From Candidatus Omnitrophota bacterium (GTDB lineage Bacteria > Omnitrophota > Gorgyraeia > Gygaellales > Profunditerraquicolaceae): DNA of 64,000 bases. A program made the position numbers and the translations under genes. Positions 1-15,000 of this stretch are shown piece by piece. A model generated the notes under the pieces. It saw nothing but the letters and a program-made list of their open reading frames with translations, was not told where the DNA came from and did not search any database. Each line of letters opens with the position of its first letter. Within the stretch, counting starts at the first letter, position 1. The stretch is from assembly GCA_043800555.1 (NCBI GenBank), contig JAZDMX010000002.1:668-64667 (forward strand), given 5' to 3'.

Positions 1-3000
1 GCGGTAATCCAAGTCTGCTCCTTAATGTTAGCCTTATTCCCGTTCTTTCTGGTGAGATAGCCTTCGAATTTTTTCCTGTTTTCAGGAGTATCCTTCATGC
101 CAAACTTCTTGGTTCCTGAAGAAAGCAGTTCAATCATTTTCTCTCTGGCAGTTATTTGTATAAAAGTATAAATCCATGTTTTGAGCCCTACTGCCGGTGA
201 AGACGAAATTGTGGGATTTGAGGTTGCACTTCCGGAAATGCCAGCTTTTGCGGTGATTGAGGAAGACGCACTTTTCGCGCCACTGGTTTTTGCAGTCTCC
301 GGGCCGGGAATTACTTTGGCCGCGGTATAAGTCCTTACTGCAGCGCCTACATCTTTTCCGGCTCCTTGAGCCAGATTACCTGTATTACCGGATGCACCTT
401 CTGCACCCTGTCCCGCTTCTCCATCTCTGGAGATTGCACTCCGGGAACCTGCCAAACTTCTTAAAACGTTTGCTAAATTGCTTACTGCCTCTGCTACAAC
501 TGCACTTATTTGCGCTCTTATCTGTCTAAAACCGCTAACCAACTTTGAGTAAGAGTCGGTTAGTGAGCCGGCAGGCGGGGCTAATCCGGCTAAGTGAAGT
601 TTGCCATTACTGGTTATTAATGATAACGGGCTGCTCACAACCTTTAATCTGGCATTTAAACCGGGCAACATCGCCGGATTGACCGGGTTAACAATGCTTG
701 AGCTGCTTATAGCGCCAACCAATGAGCCTACGGGAGTGGAAGAAGAAGCAGTATTGGGTATCGTGACCGGAGATGACGCAGGCAAAGCAGTCTCTTTCTT
801 CTCGGTTAATGGCAGAGGCACTTCGCGCTGGCTACCACCCGGGCCATTGCCTTCACCCAAAACGCCTTTACCTATACTACCGCCACCACTGCCACCAACT
901 GCCAAAGCCGCCTTTACCGCTTCCGCTATAATTACCTGCTTCTGTGCCAAAGGAGACGAGGCAGCAACCCAACCACCCTGTTCAATGTATTCTGTTAATG
1001 CTTTTAAAGTAGGAGATAACGGCCTCTGTCCTGAAGCGCTTGGTTGCTGTTTCATACTCTGCATAATAAGCGATTCTATAAAGCTAACGACCGGCCCAGC
1101 CTCTTTACCAGCCTTTTGCAAACGAGCCTTTAGAGCGCCCCATTCAGCCTTGCCAAACTTAGTATCTATATTGCCGATTATCCCTTTAACCTTGCCGACA
1201 AACCCAGCATTAATTTCGTTGGGATCCTGGCTCTTAATATTAAAAGCCTCTCTAATAACTTCCAATAGTTTCTTGGATTTAGAGCCAGCCATCTCTTTCT
1301 CAACAACAGGCTTGCGGGTTGCATACCATTTTTTATATGCGTCTGTTCCATGAATCTGCGGGACATCTTCTTCTTTGATTAAATTACCTTCGATATCAAA
1401 TACCGGCAGGCGATCTTTTCCTGTTCCTCTCGTAATTTCAAACACTTGATCGGCAAAGATTCTATTAACTATAATACCTATTATCACATTAGGAGACAAT
1501 ACGCCTTTTTCTCTTGCGTTGCTTACATTAATCAATCTTCCTTCGGTATTTAAGACTCCGCCCTCTCCCTCAACCTTTGCTCTAGATATAATAAGAGTGA
1601 CTCTTCCATCAAAATTATCCATACCTGCTGTTAACTCCCGGGCTCCATGCCTGTAGGCATTATATTGATCCGCAAAGCCGCCGGGAAGCAAATAGTCGTA
1701 ACTTTCCGATAAGCTAAAACATATATTAGCTGCATCTTGATAGTTTGCTATGCCGATGTGGCTGGTAGGCATACCTGCTCCTGCTAACCTCTCTATTAAA
1801 TGCCCTTTGTTTTCTATCCCGATAGAAAGACTGTCCCTTAAATAATCCATATGAATTCCGCGCAGAATCTCACCCTTAATGCCACCAATGTCCTCGAATT
1901 GCCTATTAGAAGAGGCTTTTGCAACTACCGGCTTTTGCGCCAAAGGCGCAGAAGAACTAAGGCCTTCCGGCTTTTGGGCTTGTAGCGATGTTACTAAAGA
2001 AGAGCTGGCTTTATCTGTTTGCTCTCCTGACAATTCCGCTCTTTTTATGCCTGCAAAATGATCTGCGCCTTCCTGTGTGGCAAAATTCCAACTACCATAA
2101 GGCCGAGAATAAGCCTCCCCTCCAAAAACAGCTCGCTGCTCAACGGTAACTTCCCAGCCCGGTAAAGCCGGATGAACGAATACTTCCAGGGGTGCTTGCG
2201 CTGCCAATGTTTGAGCCTTTGACAGTCTTAGCTCTCTTAACATAGCTTGTCCCGCCGGGCTTGATAAATCGGTTTTGGCGCCGCCACCCCCAAACTCAAA
2301 GCGCCTAAACGGCATCAATGAACCTAATTCATTCTTTTCCACAATGGAATCGACTATTTCCTCATTGGCCGCATTGCCTATTTCTAAATCGCTTAGGCCG
2401 GCTATGTGCCCGATAGCGTCAAGAAGGGTATGGGTAATTTCGTGCGGTATGATTACAGTAAGCAAGTCGCCCCTCCAGCCCGGCCTTAAACCACCCTGCT
2501 CGTCCAGAAGCAGCCTGGAATTTAAGTTTATATTATAGCCGTATTCAGATATGGTGCTATCGGCCAAGCCGTAATCGCCTTCATAGGTATTAGCTGAAGC
2601 CTTTTCTATCTCTTCGTCTAACCGAAAAATAAGCTGCAACTCTTTACCTAAAGCTCCATACACGCCCTGCAGGTTACCTGCGCTTCCAATATTCGCGATG
2701 ACATCTCTGGCGCGCGCTATCTTTACAGCTGTTTCCTCTTTTTCATCTTGAGGCTTATTAACGGATTCCTGCTCCAGCTTATTCAAATAAGATTCCAGCT
2801 TGCTTGTAATCTTATGCAAATACTGCTTGATAAAACCAGCCCCAAGTTCTCCGGTAAGGGCTGCTTCCTGTATTTCCTTAGTCTTACCATCGCGGGCCGC
2901 AATTAAAGAGCCAGAAAGGGCTATGAGGCCTAAGGCCTGCCTGCGCAACATTTCAGCCCTGAAATAAGGCGTATAGAATATTCCGGCTCCGCCTTCTTGC

Positions 3001-6000
3001 GCCGCCACCTTCCTTAAGTTCCGATACGCCGCTATGGTCCTGGCCGAATTCATATCCGCCGGCAAATAATCCTGCCCTTGGCTAAATAGCGAAGAAATGG
3101 TAACTGTAGAAGGCGTATTATCTATAAGCAAAGCTCCTTTTTCGCCAGTTATAACCGGTATGACATTAACCTCTGCTTTACCCACATCCAAAATCGCCTT
3201 TTGCATCATCTTGTAGCTGCGGTAATACCTGTCGTATAAATACGTTCTAAGCATACCCTGCGCAGGCGCAGAATAATCCAGTTGATCCTGCATATTATCC
3301 GTAAATGTTTCAAATGATTCCTGCAACCCGTCAGGGAGCCCGCCTGCCGCTAAACTATCGCCTGACGGGAAATATTCTCCGATACTCTTAATGCGCTTCG
3401 CATATTTCTCCATGGAAGGGTTTTTCTCCAGCTGCTTCTTAAGCTCCGCGCTGTAACGGCTGTTGATACCGGCAAAATCAGCCAAGGTTGTAGCTTCTTT
3501 AAAGAACATATCGGTGAAATTAGATAAGCTGGAAGATGCCCCAAAGAATGAAAGTATATCTTGTTCGGCGCTGCTTAGGTCTCTCTTTTCGGTAAGTTCC
3601 GTAAGATAATCGCGCAATGCCTTATCTTGAGCAAGGATGTCCTGCGTGAAAAGCCTGTATGACGAAAAGATCGCGTAGAAACCCAACAAATCCGTGCCTG
3701 TATTATTAAATATGTCCGGGCTCTTTTCCAGCAAACCACGCAATTTGGATGCGGCTGTTACGGAATCATTCTGGTTGGCGATTTTAGAAAGAGAGGTTAT
3801 TTCCCTGGTGAACGCGGCATTGGCTTTCTGATAATCTGCTGCTGCTCTCCTGCCAAATGCATTTTCCCGGTTGATGACCGAATTATAAAGATAGAACATC
3901 TGGCTGCCGCTACCGGCAAGCAAGCCTTTTACAAAATAAGCCGGGTTGCGCAAGTAAGCCCTTAGCAAGGCCTCTTTTCCGCTTTCATAGAAGAGGGCAG
4001 CTTGTTGAGCTCCGGGAGTCAATAAGCGATAGGCCCCTGCTGCGGAAGCCAAAGAATCATAGGTATAATTAGGGTCTACCAATGCTACCAAGGCATCGGC
4101 AAGCTTGAATCTGTTAAAGCTGAACTTTTCAAAAGTAGGAATAAAATTATACCCGGCAGAATTTTCATCTGTGGGATATATATAGGCATTAATCTGCTCT
4201 ACCATATTCTGAAGATAATCAAAATAGTTGACATTATTGGCTTGGATTGCATTAGCCTGATTTCGGAAGCCTTCTAATACCTGATAGAAAGGCGAAGATT
4301 GAGGGGTATATGGAAGGATGGTATTTATTAACGCATCGGGTGAACCCCTTACGCCGTTAGCCAAACGCGCAGCCTCCAATTGCCCTAGTATTTTCTGGCG
4401 GGCTTCAAGGCTTAATTCTCCGGTTTGTCCTCTAGGCGCATCAGCTGTATTAAACCTCGCATTTTCGATAATTTGGACCACAGGATGGCTGGAATCAAAG
4501 TTGGAGTTTCTGATCTCATCTGGCAATACGCTCTTCTGCAACCCCTCCGGGCTCTTAGCTACTTCGGCAACGCCAAGCAAGCCGCTGGCATCCTGGAAAG
4601 AAGCTTTATCGTTGTAGGCTATCGAATCATATTTGTCTAAAATTCGCGCTGCCTCTGCCAAAACCGAGCGGGCATTGCTCCTCAGGAAATCAGGAGCATT
4701 AGGCTCATTAACGACTTTCTGGAATATGTCTTCGGCTTTTAAGGCAACTTCTTCAAGGGCCATTCTGATGCGCACTTCAGGAGCCTGGCCTGTTTCAGAA
4801 ATAACCACCTTGTAAGATTCTTTATGCTCTATGGCCTCTTTTAACAATTCTTGCAGCCGGGAAGAAAGCCCCGTGTCGCCCAGCGTATTCGCCTGCACGA
4901 CCATAGTTTTTAGCTTTTCGATTATGCCGCGGGACATAGCCGCTTCTCTTACCTGGAAGACAAGCGCGTCCGAAGTCTCGAGTGCTTCTTTTGCTTTCGA
5001 GCTATATTCCACTTTCCTCCTATAATAATCTCCGTCTCCCTCGCCAACGGCCTGCGGAATAAACTTACCAATGGCCCCTATTTCCTCAATCTTCTTCATG
5101 GTCCTAGTATCAAGATTATCTACGGATAACTTACCGTCTTCATAGTAAACAAGCCTCTTGCCCTCTTCAATATCTTCCCGGAGGCTTCTGTTGTTTCTGT
5201 TTATCGCCTGAATAAGGTCGGAACTTGTCCAGTTATGGGCATCTGCCACAATCAAATCAAAAGCGCCTTTATAATCAATACCGGTTGCTCCTCTTTCATT
5301 GGAGAGGACAATGAGCCTGTCTTCTCCTATGCGTTTACTTATATCAAGAATATCTCCTGCAGAAGTGCCCTCTTTTATCTCGGTAACCGTAAGGCCTTTT
5401 CCTTCGAGATTTGCCTTAATTGCCGCGCGCGCGTCTCTGTCTTTAACAAACACGATCAACCCCTTGGTAACGGCCAGATTGATGTCTTTTGCGTTTAACG
5501 GCATAATTTCCGCTGTTTCAAGGCCTTTCGACTCATGCGCAGTTAAAACCCTGTTTCCGATATTAAACAACAGCATAGACCTTACTGATTCCATGGTTCC
5601 GGAAGCGCCGGCAATAGAAGCGTTTTTCTTAAAACGCAGCATTTCTGAAAGGGTCGCCTGCGAAGATGACTTGGATATTTCCAAATTATTCTTAATGAGG
5701 CTTATATCTTTGCCGCTATATCCCAGCTTTTCCTTTTGAGCCGCAACTCTGGCATATATAGCAGCAAGGAACCCTTCTTCGCTAAATACTTTCTTTGCCT
5801 GGGCTTCTCCTCTATTACTCGGGACAATCTTGTTCCCAAGAACCGTAAAATTGCCTTGGCTCTGGGCATCCCGCGCAGCCAGGTATGCCCCGACTTCTTC
5901 CTTGCCAATACCGCGGTCTTTAAGTATATCCAGGGCCTGCCTGCTGATGACTGTTACCCCGTTTTGTTCATAAAAAGAGGCTTTTTTATTAGCTCTCGCC

Positions 6001-9000
6001 TCTTCTATGCCTGTTTCCCTGGAAATAGTGCCATTTTCGAACAAGGGCTCGATTATCCCGAATACTTCTTCAGCCCTGCTAATCTTAGCAGGAGATTTAT
6101 CAACTAATTTCTCTGCCCCGTAAGAACTGATAAAGGTCGTCTTATCCGAGAATGGAATATGGAATTCATCGAAACGCACTACATCGTGATTGTAAATTGC
6201 CCGCATTAAATCGGGGTCATCGGTCCTATTCCTTAAATGCCCGAATTTATCCATCGAGAATACGGTAATCATTTTTGCGTCTCTTAATACATCCTTGAGC
6301 TTGCCTGAATCAGTTTCATTATCCAGGGCGTCGCCATTCTTAATTTCCAAACCAAATTGGCCTAGGAATTCTGCATTATTCAACTCATTTGCCTTCACTC
6401 CCGAGCTTAAGGCCTGGCCCATTTCATCGGAATTCTTGATGACAAGCACCTCATTATTCTTATACACCAGTTTTCCGCCTATTCCTTCTGCCTTAAGCGC
6501 CGCCAGCAGGGCCATTTCTACAGGAAAAGCAAATGTCTTCCCGCCGCCTGAAGATTGCTGCACGCTGCCGCCTTTGGATAAGCCAACAATCATCCGCAAC
6601 TGGCCTTCTGCCGTATCTCTTGAGAACCCTTTGCCGAACTTACCTTCCATATATTTTAAGGCCGAGGCTATAACTATGCCGTATATCTCACTTTCATTAT
6701 TTCTTCCTTCTTTATTGGATTTAATATTCTGGGCAATAAATGCATCCGGCCTAAGCCCTGCGATAAACAAGGAGCCATCTTGAAATATTATCTTGCCCAA
6801 GTAAGCGTTAATGGAATCAACAATGGGCTGCAATTTTATAACATCATCCAGGCTTGCGCCTTCTTTAATACCGACTTTCAAGTCTTGGGTGAGCGTAAGA
6901 GCTCCGATATTAAACCCTGAAGCAGCTTTCTCCATGTCTTTCATGCTGTAGAACCGGCCAATCTCCGAAGAATATTCTGAAAGCTGCTCAACGCTAAAAG
7001 TAATTTTCTCGTTTGCCAGGGGGGAATCCTTGATCTTCTCTAAAGCTTTGCTAAACAAAGAGCCTTCTCTGGCTTGGATACTGTCAATAAACCGGCCGAG
7101 GCGATTCCTTGCTTTTAGCTCGACAGTATTTTCTCCCTCAAGCCTCCCGTAAAGAAGCCCGCCGGCTATCTCTATCAAGGATGCGGTATTTTCCTTAGCG
7201 GCCGACAGGCGCGCGTAATCTTTATTCGAACAAACCGTGCTCAATTCGCCTAATAAGTTATTAACTGCGCCTGCTTCTGTATTAAGCGTATCTGCTGTTA
7301 TGCCGGCATTGAGGATATTCCTTAACGCCCTTAAAGCTTCCAGGGCAGCGCTTAGATTCTCAAATCGTTTTATCTGCCTCCGGTATTCTGCCGCGGAAAC
7401 ATTGTCTACCAGCTCCTTGAGAATCGCATTGGGAGCGAGTTTAACAAAACCGTCCAAATCCGTTATGGGAGTTGTAATTTTTGCGGCCCTGACGTATTCA
7501 CCAATAAGCCCCCAGGTGCTTTCCAAAGCCTTGCTTGAGCCCTTAGAATCAGGGTAAAAATCCTTTATCTTGCCAAATGCCGTCTTTTTATCTTGCGCGT
7601 TATAAGCATCCACTAACCCTTTCTTTAATAACCCTAACTCGCTTAACTGCAATTGATGGATACGGCTTAAATCCGCGCCTTCAAGATAAGCGGATATCCT
7701 TCTCTCTCTCGCATGGAAATAATCTTTATATTTACCGGTTATGGCGGGCTCTTTTCCCTGCGCGCGCTGATACGCCAAGCTCTCGACCTCGCTCATTACT
7801 GAAGAGACATATTCCCTCTTTACTGCTTTATCGGTAATAGCGGACAGATTGGCGGTTAATGTTGTTTCAAATCTTTTCTTAAGGTTATCCGTTAATCCAT
7901 CCCTCCAGATTTCACCTAATTCTATGCCTTTTATCAGGCTGCCGCTCTTCCTTGCGCTCTCAAACAAGGAATCCAGCGCTTTTGTTTTAATCGCTCTGTC
8001 TATGCCTAGCTTAAGGATAATATCCTTCCTGCCGGGGAACCTGAAAGCGATATCCGTAGTGTCGCCTATAGCGGCTTTTGAAACTCTGGCAGCTTCATCG
8101 GAAGTAGCAAAATCCAATAAGCCCGTTCCGCTTCTAAAATTGATTATTGAAGCATCAACCACTTTCCTGACCAAGACATAATTGCCATGATTTGAAGAAA
8201 GTTCTTTTATCTTATTAATCTCTGTTTGTACCTGAGGCCCGTTATCAGCCAAAGCTTCAGTCTTTATCCCTTCTGAAGGATAAGAATTCCTCTGCGCGAC
8301 AAAATCATTAAGATATCCGATAACCCCTTCCTGGTTCCCTTTTAATACCGCATCAAAAGCTTTCTTAAAATTATTGCCTTTATCCCAAATAAAATTAGCC
8401 TGCCCCTCAAGAACTGCCCTGGTAACACCTTCCGGCTCTCCAAGGTTATCATGGGCAAACTTTATGAAATTATCTTTTACGGCGGAGCTAAACCCGGTCA
8501 TCTTCGCTACAGCTTGTTCAAAATTCCCGCCGTTTTCTCTTAATATACCTTTGAACGCATAAAAATCTTCCCTGGAGAGCGCCGTAGCTCCAGCCCTGTC
8601 AATTAAAGAAGGCTCTAAACTCGGCGCCATAAAGAACGGAAGCCACTTAAAAGCTTCTTTTTCTCCGCCGGATAAATAACCGTTTACGCTAAAAAGAGGG
8701 ATTTCTTTACCGTTAATATTAACGCTTCCCTGCTTTCCTGTCTGAAGATCCTTGAGCGGCCGGGCATCAAGCTGGATTCCCGCTGCATTTGCCAAGACGG
8801 AATCGGCCAAGGCTACTGCCTTATCAACGCCTGAAACAAAGCCCGGCATCCAGATTACAGAAGAATCAATCCATTTTCCAAAGCTTATTGCCCTGCCTAA
8901 AGCTCCTGCCGTAGGATTAATTGCCTTAAAAACTATGCCATCTGCGGCATTTTTCTGCAACCCGGACTTTTCTAAGCCCAGCCTGCCGATATTGATAATT

Positions 9001-12000
9001 TTCTCAAACAGGCCCCCTGAAGTTAAGGCCGGGGCTTTGCTGGTTTTCATCTGGAATACTTCAATCATCGGTTTCATCCACAAGCCTGAACGCGGGCCGG
9101 TGACCGCGCTCTGAAGGATATCTGTCATGGTAAGCGGGCCATATACCGGCTTAAAACTTCCATTCTTATCCTTGCCAAGACCTCTTTCTACCATCAACCA
9201 GCCTTTTGCGGAATCTGAATGCACATCCAGTAAGCCTGCCTTATAAAACACTCCGTTCCAGAGGGCTCCGCCAAAAGTAAAAGCAGGCGATACCGCGGTC
9301 CATTCTATAGCGCCTGCCAAGGCGCGGTTGTAAAGTAGTTCCGGGCCAACAGCCTTACTTAAATTCAATATGCCCAGGACTTTTGTTTCCTGTAGCGCTC
9401 CTGCGCCGCCAAATGTTTTCAGGTTCCTGGTAATCTCCATGCCTTGTTTTCCTATATATAAAGCGGTTAACCCGCCCAAAAAGCCTCCGGATACGGCATC
9501 CATTATATAGGCTCTCAAGGGTTTCGTATTTCCGGTAATTAAATCTCCGGTTAGGTTAACTCCTGCTTTTGCGGTTGCGCCAACGGCAAACCCATAGCCA
9601 AACCTATCAAGCCCGGAACCCGTAATCATCCCTGTCTTCAGCCCATACCAGGCCCCCAAGCCTATTACCGCGCCTCTGGCATAATTTAACAGATTGCTAT
9701 TAGACGCCAACCTGCTTAAGAAATCCTGATCTGAAGATTCGCTTTCTATAATTGTTTTGGCCAAAGGAAAGGCCCCGGCTCCAATCGCAATTGAGCTTAT
9801 TAAAGGATATTCTTTAATCATATTTGAAATGGCCGAAGCGGAGGATAAATTTACGATTGCCGAAGATGCGCCAAAGATAGCGCCAAAGATAGCGCCATTG
9901 GCTGCTCCTTGCGCATAAGAAGTTAGGACGTTGGAAGCGGTAATTCTCTGCCCGTCGCCATTTAATGCCGCTAAGCTTGCGCCGGTAATCGCATTGACCT
10001 GCCCCCAGAGCGCGGACTGAGAAAAAACGGAGCGAGCTAACGCGTATCCCTCTCCGGCGGCGATGCTTTTTCCCAAGGGGCCGGTTAAGCCTGCGGCAAC
10101 AAGCGCAAAATTAGCATCCCGCGGGAGAAATCCGTTCCAGACAGATTCCCCGAAGTTTGCTACGCTATTAATCTTGCTGCGGTTATCATAAACTGACCTG
10201 CCTGCACTTACCGCGTTGGGGATGCCGACAGTCAAGGCGACAGATTGAGTAACCGCCGGATTAATAAAACTGAAATTGATCAACGCGTCCTGGCCGAAAG
10301 TCAAAGCTTTGCCCGAAGACATATAAGAAATTTGGTTCGCCAATACGTCTGAAACTGCGGCAAATTGAATGCTTGAATTAGTTATAGAGAAACCGGCGTT
10401 TTTTAAAACGCCTAATTCTATAGCAGTCATCCCCGCCTTACCCAAATACGCTATAGCAAGTTCGTATAATCCCGAGGCTGCATAACCATTGTTAATGAGG
10501 TAATTGCCTTCTTCTATCCCCGCCTTTAACGAGCCTAATCCGCCTGCTTCAGATGCTTTAATCTTAAACCCTGTCCCGGGGTCGATTAAATCCCAGTCCT
10601 GTGAGTTATCGCCGACCCTGTCCACTCTAATTGAGCCATTTTCTTCAAGATAACCGTATATAGACTTGCGGGTAGGTTCTGAATAGAACAATCCCGGTAT
10701 GCTGCGTATAGCGTGCAGGTTTGTTCTTGTCCAAGCTTCATTCCCCCATTGTTTCAATGTATTGATGCCGGTCATATATCCCAATAGGTAATCTGCTCCG
10801 GAGCCAAATGCAGTTGCCCCTGTAAAAAGAGTGGCAAAACCGGCATCTATGCCCTTTTCCAGGTATCGGCCTGCTTTGGCATCAAAATACCCCAATTGCG
10901 CCAACCCTTCCGCGGTAAACTCTTTAGATTGGCGAAGATAATAAGCGGAATCATTCTTTGCCCCTGCCAAATTCGCAATTTCTCCGCTGGCGTAAGTAAG
11001 CCAGCCGCCTATTTGCCCAAAACTGCCTGCTATTATTTTTAGACTAGCGGCTACGTTATCCGGGATGCTAAGCCCGCCTGCCGGGCCTCCTATGCTAGCC
11101 AATTCCATCTTGGCCCACTGGCCGTCGGACATCAACTGATACTCGCCGCTGGCAAGCTTAACAGCTGTCCCCGGTAGGCTACCGGTAAAGGTATGCGTCA
11201 GTTCTCCGCGGCCTGAAGCGCCCCCGGCCTTGATATCAATGGTAGAAATATATTTACCGCTAGAAACTTCCTGGTTCCCCAACTTTATCCCCTGAACAGC
11301 CGTAAATTGCGTCCCGGCATCTTGTGTCATCAAGCGCGACTGCATATTATCGGGGTTTATAGAAACAGGAAGCGAGCCTTCATCGAGCCTGACTTTATTA
11401 TTAAGCCGCGCTGACGGGTCGGTCGCGCCAAAAGAAAAGAGCCTGTCGGAAGAAATCCTCTTACCGCTAACGGTTTCGTTACTGCTATTATCAAGCGACA
11501 AAAGATGCCCTTTTAAATCAGCCAACGGGACATCCACGGCGTGATCCCGGCTAAGAGCCGCTTCCCAGACTCCAGGAATATCCGTTTTATCGGCGTTCTT
11601 CGCGATAGATAGCTGAAGCGGTTCTTTTGAGCCGCTTGATTTCAAGCTCATCGCCGGAAGCCCATCCCATTTAAGAGATATTGTCTTCCACGAGCCGCCC
11701 TGCGGGTTAGCGGCGCTGCCGTTGCTATCGGGTTCAAATGCCAAAACAGGAGCGTTAACTCCCCTGGCTGTAAGTATTATCCCGCTGCCTGAATTATCGT
11801 TGGAAGAAACAGGGGCATTGACAATTCTTTCCCGCGCGCTTTGCTGGACCTGCACGCCTTCCGATGTCCCCTCCCAACTCTGCACTGCCCTCCCATCAAT
11901 CGCTTCCAAGGTCGAAACATACCGGGAGCCGGCTGGGTTATTAAGGATCGCTTGCTCGCCAACCTTGCCTGTGCCGGTCAAAACCAGGCGCGTCCCCAGC

Positions 12001-15000
12001 TGGCCAAAAAGCGGCGCAACGCTAATCTGATCTTTTGTGTCTACCTGAATATTGACAGGCACTTGGGAATCATCAAGGAATTTATGCGTCTCCAGGTCCA
12101 GCCCAAAAGCAATAATCCGGCTGGCAATATTGCTGGCGGCAGAATCAGAAGAACCTGTTGTATTTTCCGGAATCATATAGGGGCTTAACAACGGCAACCA
12201 TTTCGATGGGACAACAACGTTGTTATCAACGGCAAAACATAAGACCTTATCGACATAAGTAACCGGGACCTTCTGCGGTTTCCCGGTGGAATCATTCGGA
12301 AGGATACCGCCGATAATCTTGCTGTTTTGGCTGATTATTTCATTGAAAATTTCGAACTTGGAATCATTAACGACGCGGCCAACGGGCCGGACCACAGAGG
12401 TGATCTTAAATGTCGCGCCAAAATAATCGCTATCCATCACATCCTTGACAATGGGCTTTGCCGCCTGCTGCGGGTAAAAGACGCGCATCTTAGCCGAAGT
12501 GCCTTTAAAATCCGGGCCATTAGGAGCCATATGAGATATCAATTGGTCGCCTTTGATTGTGGCGCGGCCAATGGACATGCCGGAACTGGCTATAAGAGTA
12601 GTCCCGGAAACGCCGGTTAAAGGCGCCGCCCTAAATGCACGCGGGTCAGAATCAGAGCTTCCGATTTCAAAAGGCAAAACTCCCTTATACATAATCCCGT
12701 ATTGCTTATCAAAGTAGCGCACATAAAACCGGTAACTATCTCTGGTAAAACGGATATCGCTTCCCTTGGCTCCCTTAACGGCATCGGGGCTGGAACCCGG
12801 GATATAGGGCATCAACGAATTGTTGACCAGCAAAATACCTTGCTTCTTGCTTGGATCAACAGACGCCTCAATGCCCCAATGAGCGCCCTGCGCCCATATC
12901 CCCTGAATACCGGCTTCCAGGGATTTCTTTCCGGACATTACCGTCTTAAGGTAATGTGGTTTATTTTCAGCCAATACCGAAGAGAACTCTCCATTGCCCT
13001 TACCGAGAAACTCTACGGCGATGCTGCCATTATTATAATTGATCCGCTGGCCTATCCTTGCCGAGAATTCCCCTGTTAAAAGCTGCGCTTTTTCTGAACC
13101 CGAAACCGAAAAGATTTGATAATCCTTATCGGCCAGAGGGATCATCCGGCTATAGTCGCTGCCTGATGCGCCTCTCAACGGCCAAGCCCAGTTCTTCGGA
13201 TCCAGGTCCAACTGGCCATGTTGAATCGGCACGCCCTGCAGGCGCTCAAACAGATACCCGGCTGCGGTAACCGGAGCGCGTGTCGCCCCGGTTACAATCG
13301 TTCCGTCTAAAACTGCCGGCCCGACTGTGCCGCTAGGAGCTATTCCCCAAGGGACGCCTTTTGCGGTAAATTCAATAAATCCATCGCCTATAGCCGCACC
13401 GCTTTCCGTTTTCGACTCAAGATTTATAATCGCGGCTTGGCCCCGCACCGCAGTAGCTGCGTTTGTGCTCTTGCCCTCCGGCACAGCTAACGCGGCAGCG
13501 TCAATAAACGTCAAAGCGGATTTCGTTAATACAAGAGGCTTGCCGTTGTAGAGATATTTTGCGTCCTCAGCCTTTGATAAAGGCACATTAACGCCATTAT
13601 TCGTAATAAGCGTCGCGCCTTTTGCGCCCAGGAAAAGATTAACAATCCCGTCTGTTGAACGCTCGCTATCCAACATCGCCCCCACAGGCACTTCATGATA
13701 AACTATTGCCTTAAGGCCATTCTGGTTACGCGCAATAGAGCCTGTTATTTCGACTTTTTGCCCCAATGTGCCGCTGATATACGCCTTCTGCGGCTTGGTT
13801 TCTGAACGCCACATGCCGTCGGCGCCTATTGAGATACGCTCTTTGATCCCATAGCTAAACTTTACAGGCATCGGCCCTCTATCGGTTTGGGCCAAAGCCC
13901 CAACCATATCGCCCCTATTATAGTAACGGTCATTGGCAATGGGCCTAAGCGCGCCATTCATCATATTAACCTTACCGTTTTCAGGAATAATAGCCACCAG
14001 GTTCTGCTCTTTGGCAATCTGCCAATCAAGCGTAGCTAATCCGGGTTTCAACGAAGAGATATCGGTTTTATCGCTGCCGCCGGCGCCGGGCACCAGATAA
14101 TCAGAAGGCGCTAAAGCAAAGAGGCGCTTAACACCGTCGTAGCCTTCTCCGCGGGCAGGCTTGCCGTCTTTTGTGGTCGAGGTAAGAGTAAAACTGCTTG
14201 TCGGCAGGAGTTGGCCGTTGGCAAGTTTAAGCGTGGTTCTTCCTGTTTCCATATCCCACGCGAATCCTCCGGGCGCTTCCCCGGAAACTTTGGCTCCAGA
14301 AACAAGGATATTGTTTGCTTCCTTCTTCAAAACCGCGCTACCGGACAATCCTTCAACTCTTATAGCGGAAGGATCCGTAATAACGTTCCAAATAGAATGG
14401 CCGCGAGGCCCAAGGGCATTGACAATACCGCCCTGGCTCTGCCACATCAAGGCATTCAAACGGTCGCCGGAACCAATCACATTATAAAGGTTCCCGGAGG
14501 CTACCTCAAAAACCTGATTGGCGCGCGCTACGCCAAAACCAAATGCCGTATCCAGCTTTCCGGCAGCCACTTGTTCAGCCTCCTTTTGCAATCCAAGGCT
14601 CTTAAACATAGCGGCCGCGGTATCTTTAGTAATATGGGTATTATCGAGGTATGCCCCATCCAACATCCATTGGCCTGACCAACGGTGCCAAAGCGGCTGG
14701 AAATTCCCCATAATGTCTTTATGCGAAGCGCTGTTTGTAACCAAGGCTCCTTCGATATTTCCTCCATTGGCGCGCACAACAATCTTCTGGCCATCGGATG
14801 CTACAATGCTAAGCCCATCTTGCAAGAATATTTCTTCGCCGGGCACAGGCTTTCCGGAGGCATAAACATCCAAAGATACGGAAGCAAGGCCGAGATCAAT
14901 TAATTTATTTTTCCATTTATCCGAAGTAACGACCCTCCTGTAAGCCTCCTGGAAATCTAGCTGCGCGTCGTTAGCGCTTAAACTTGCCGCCGCCATTCGA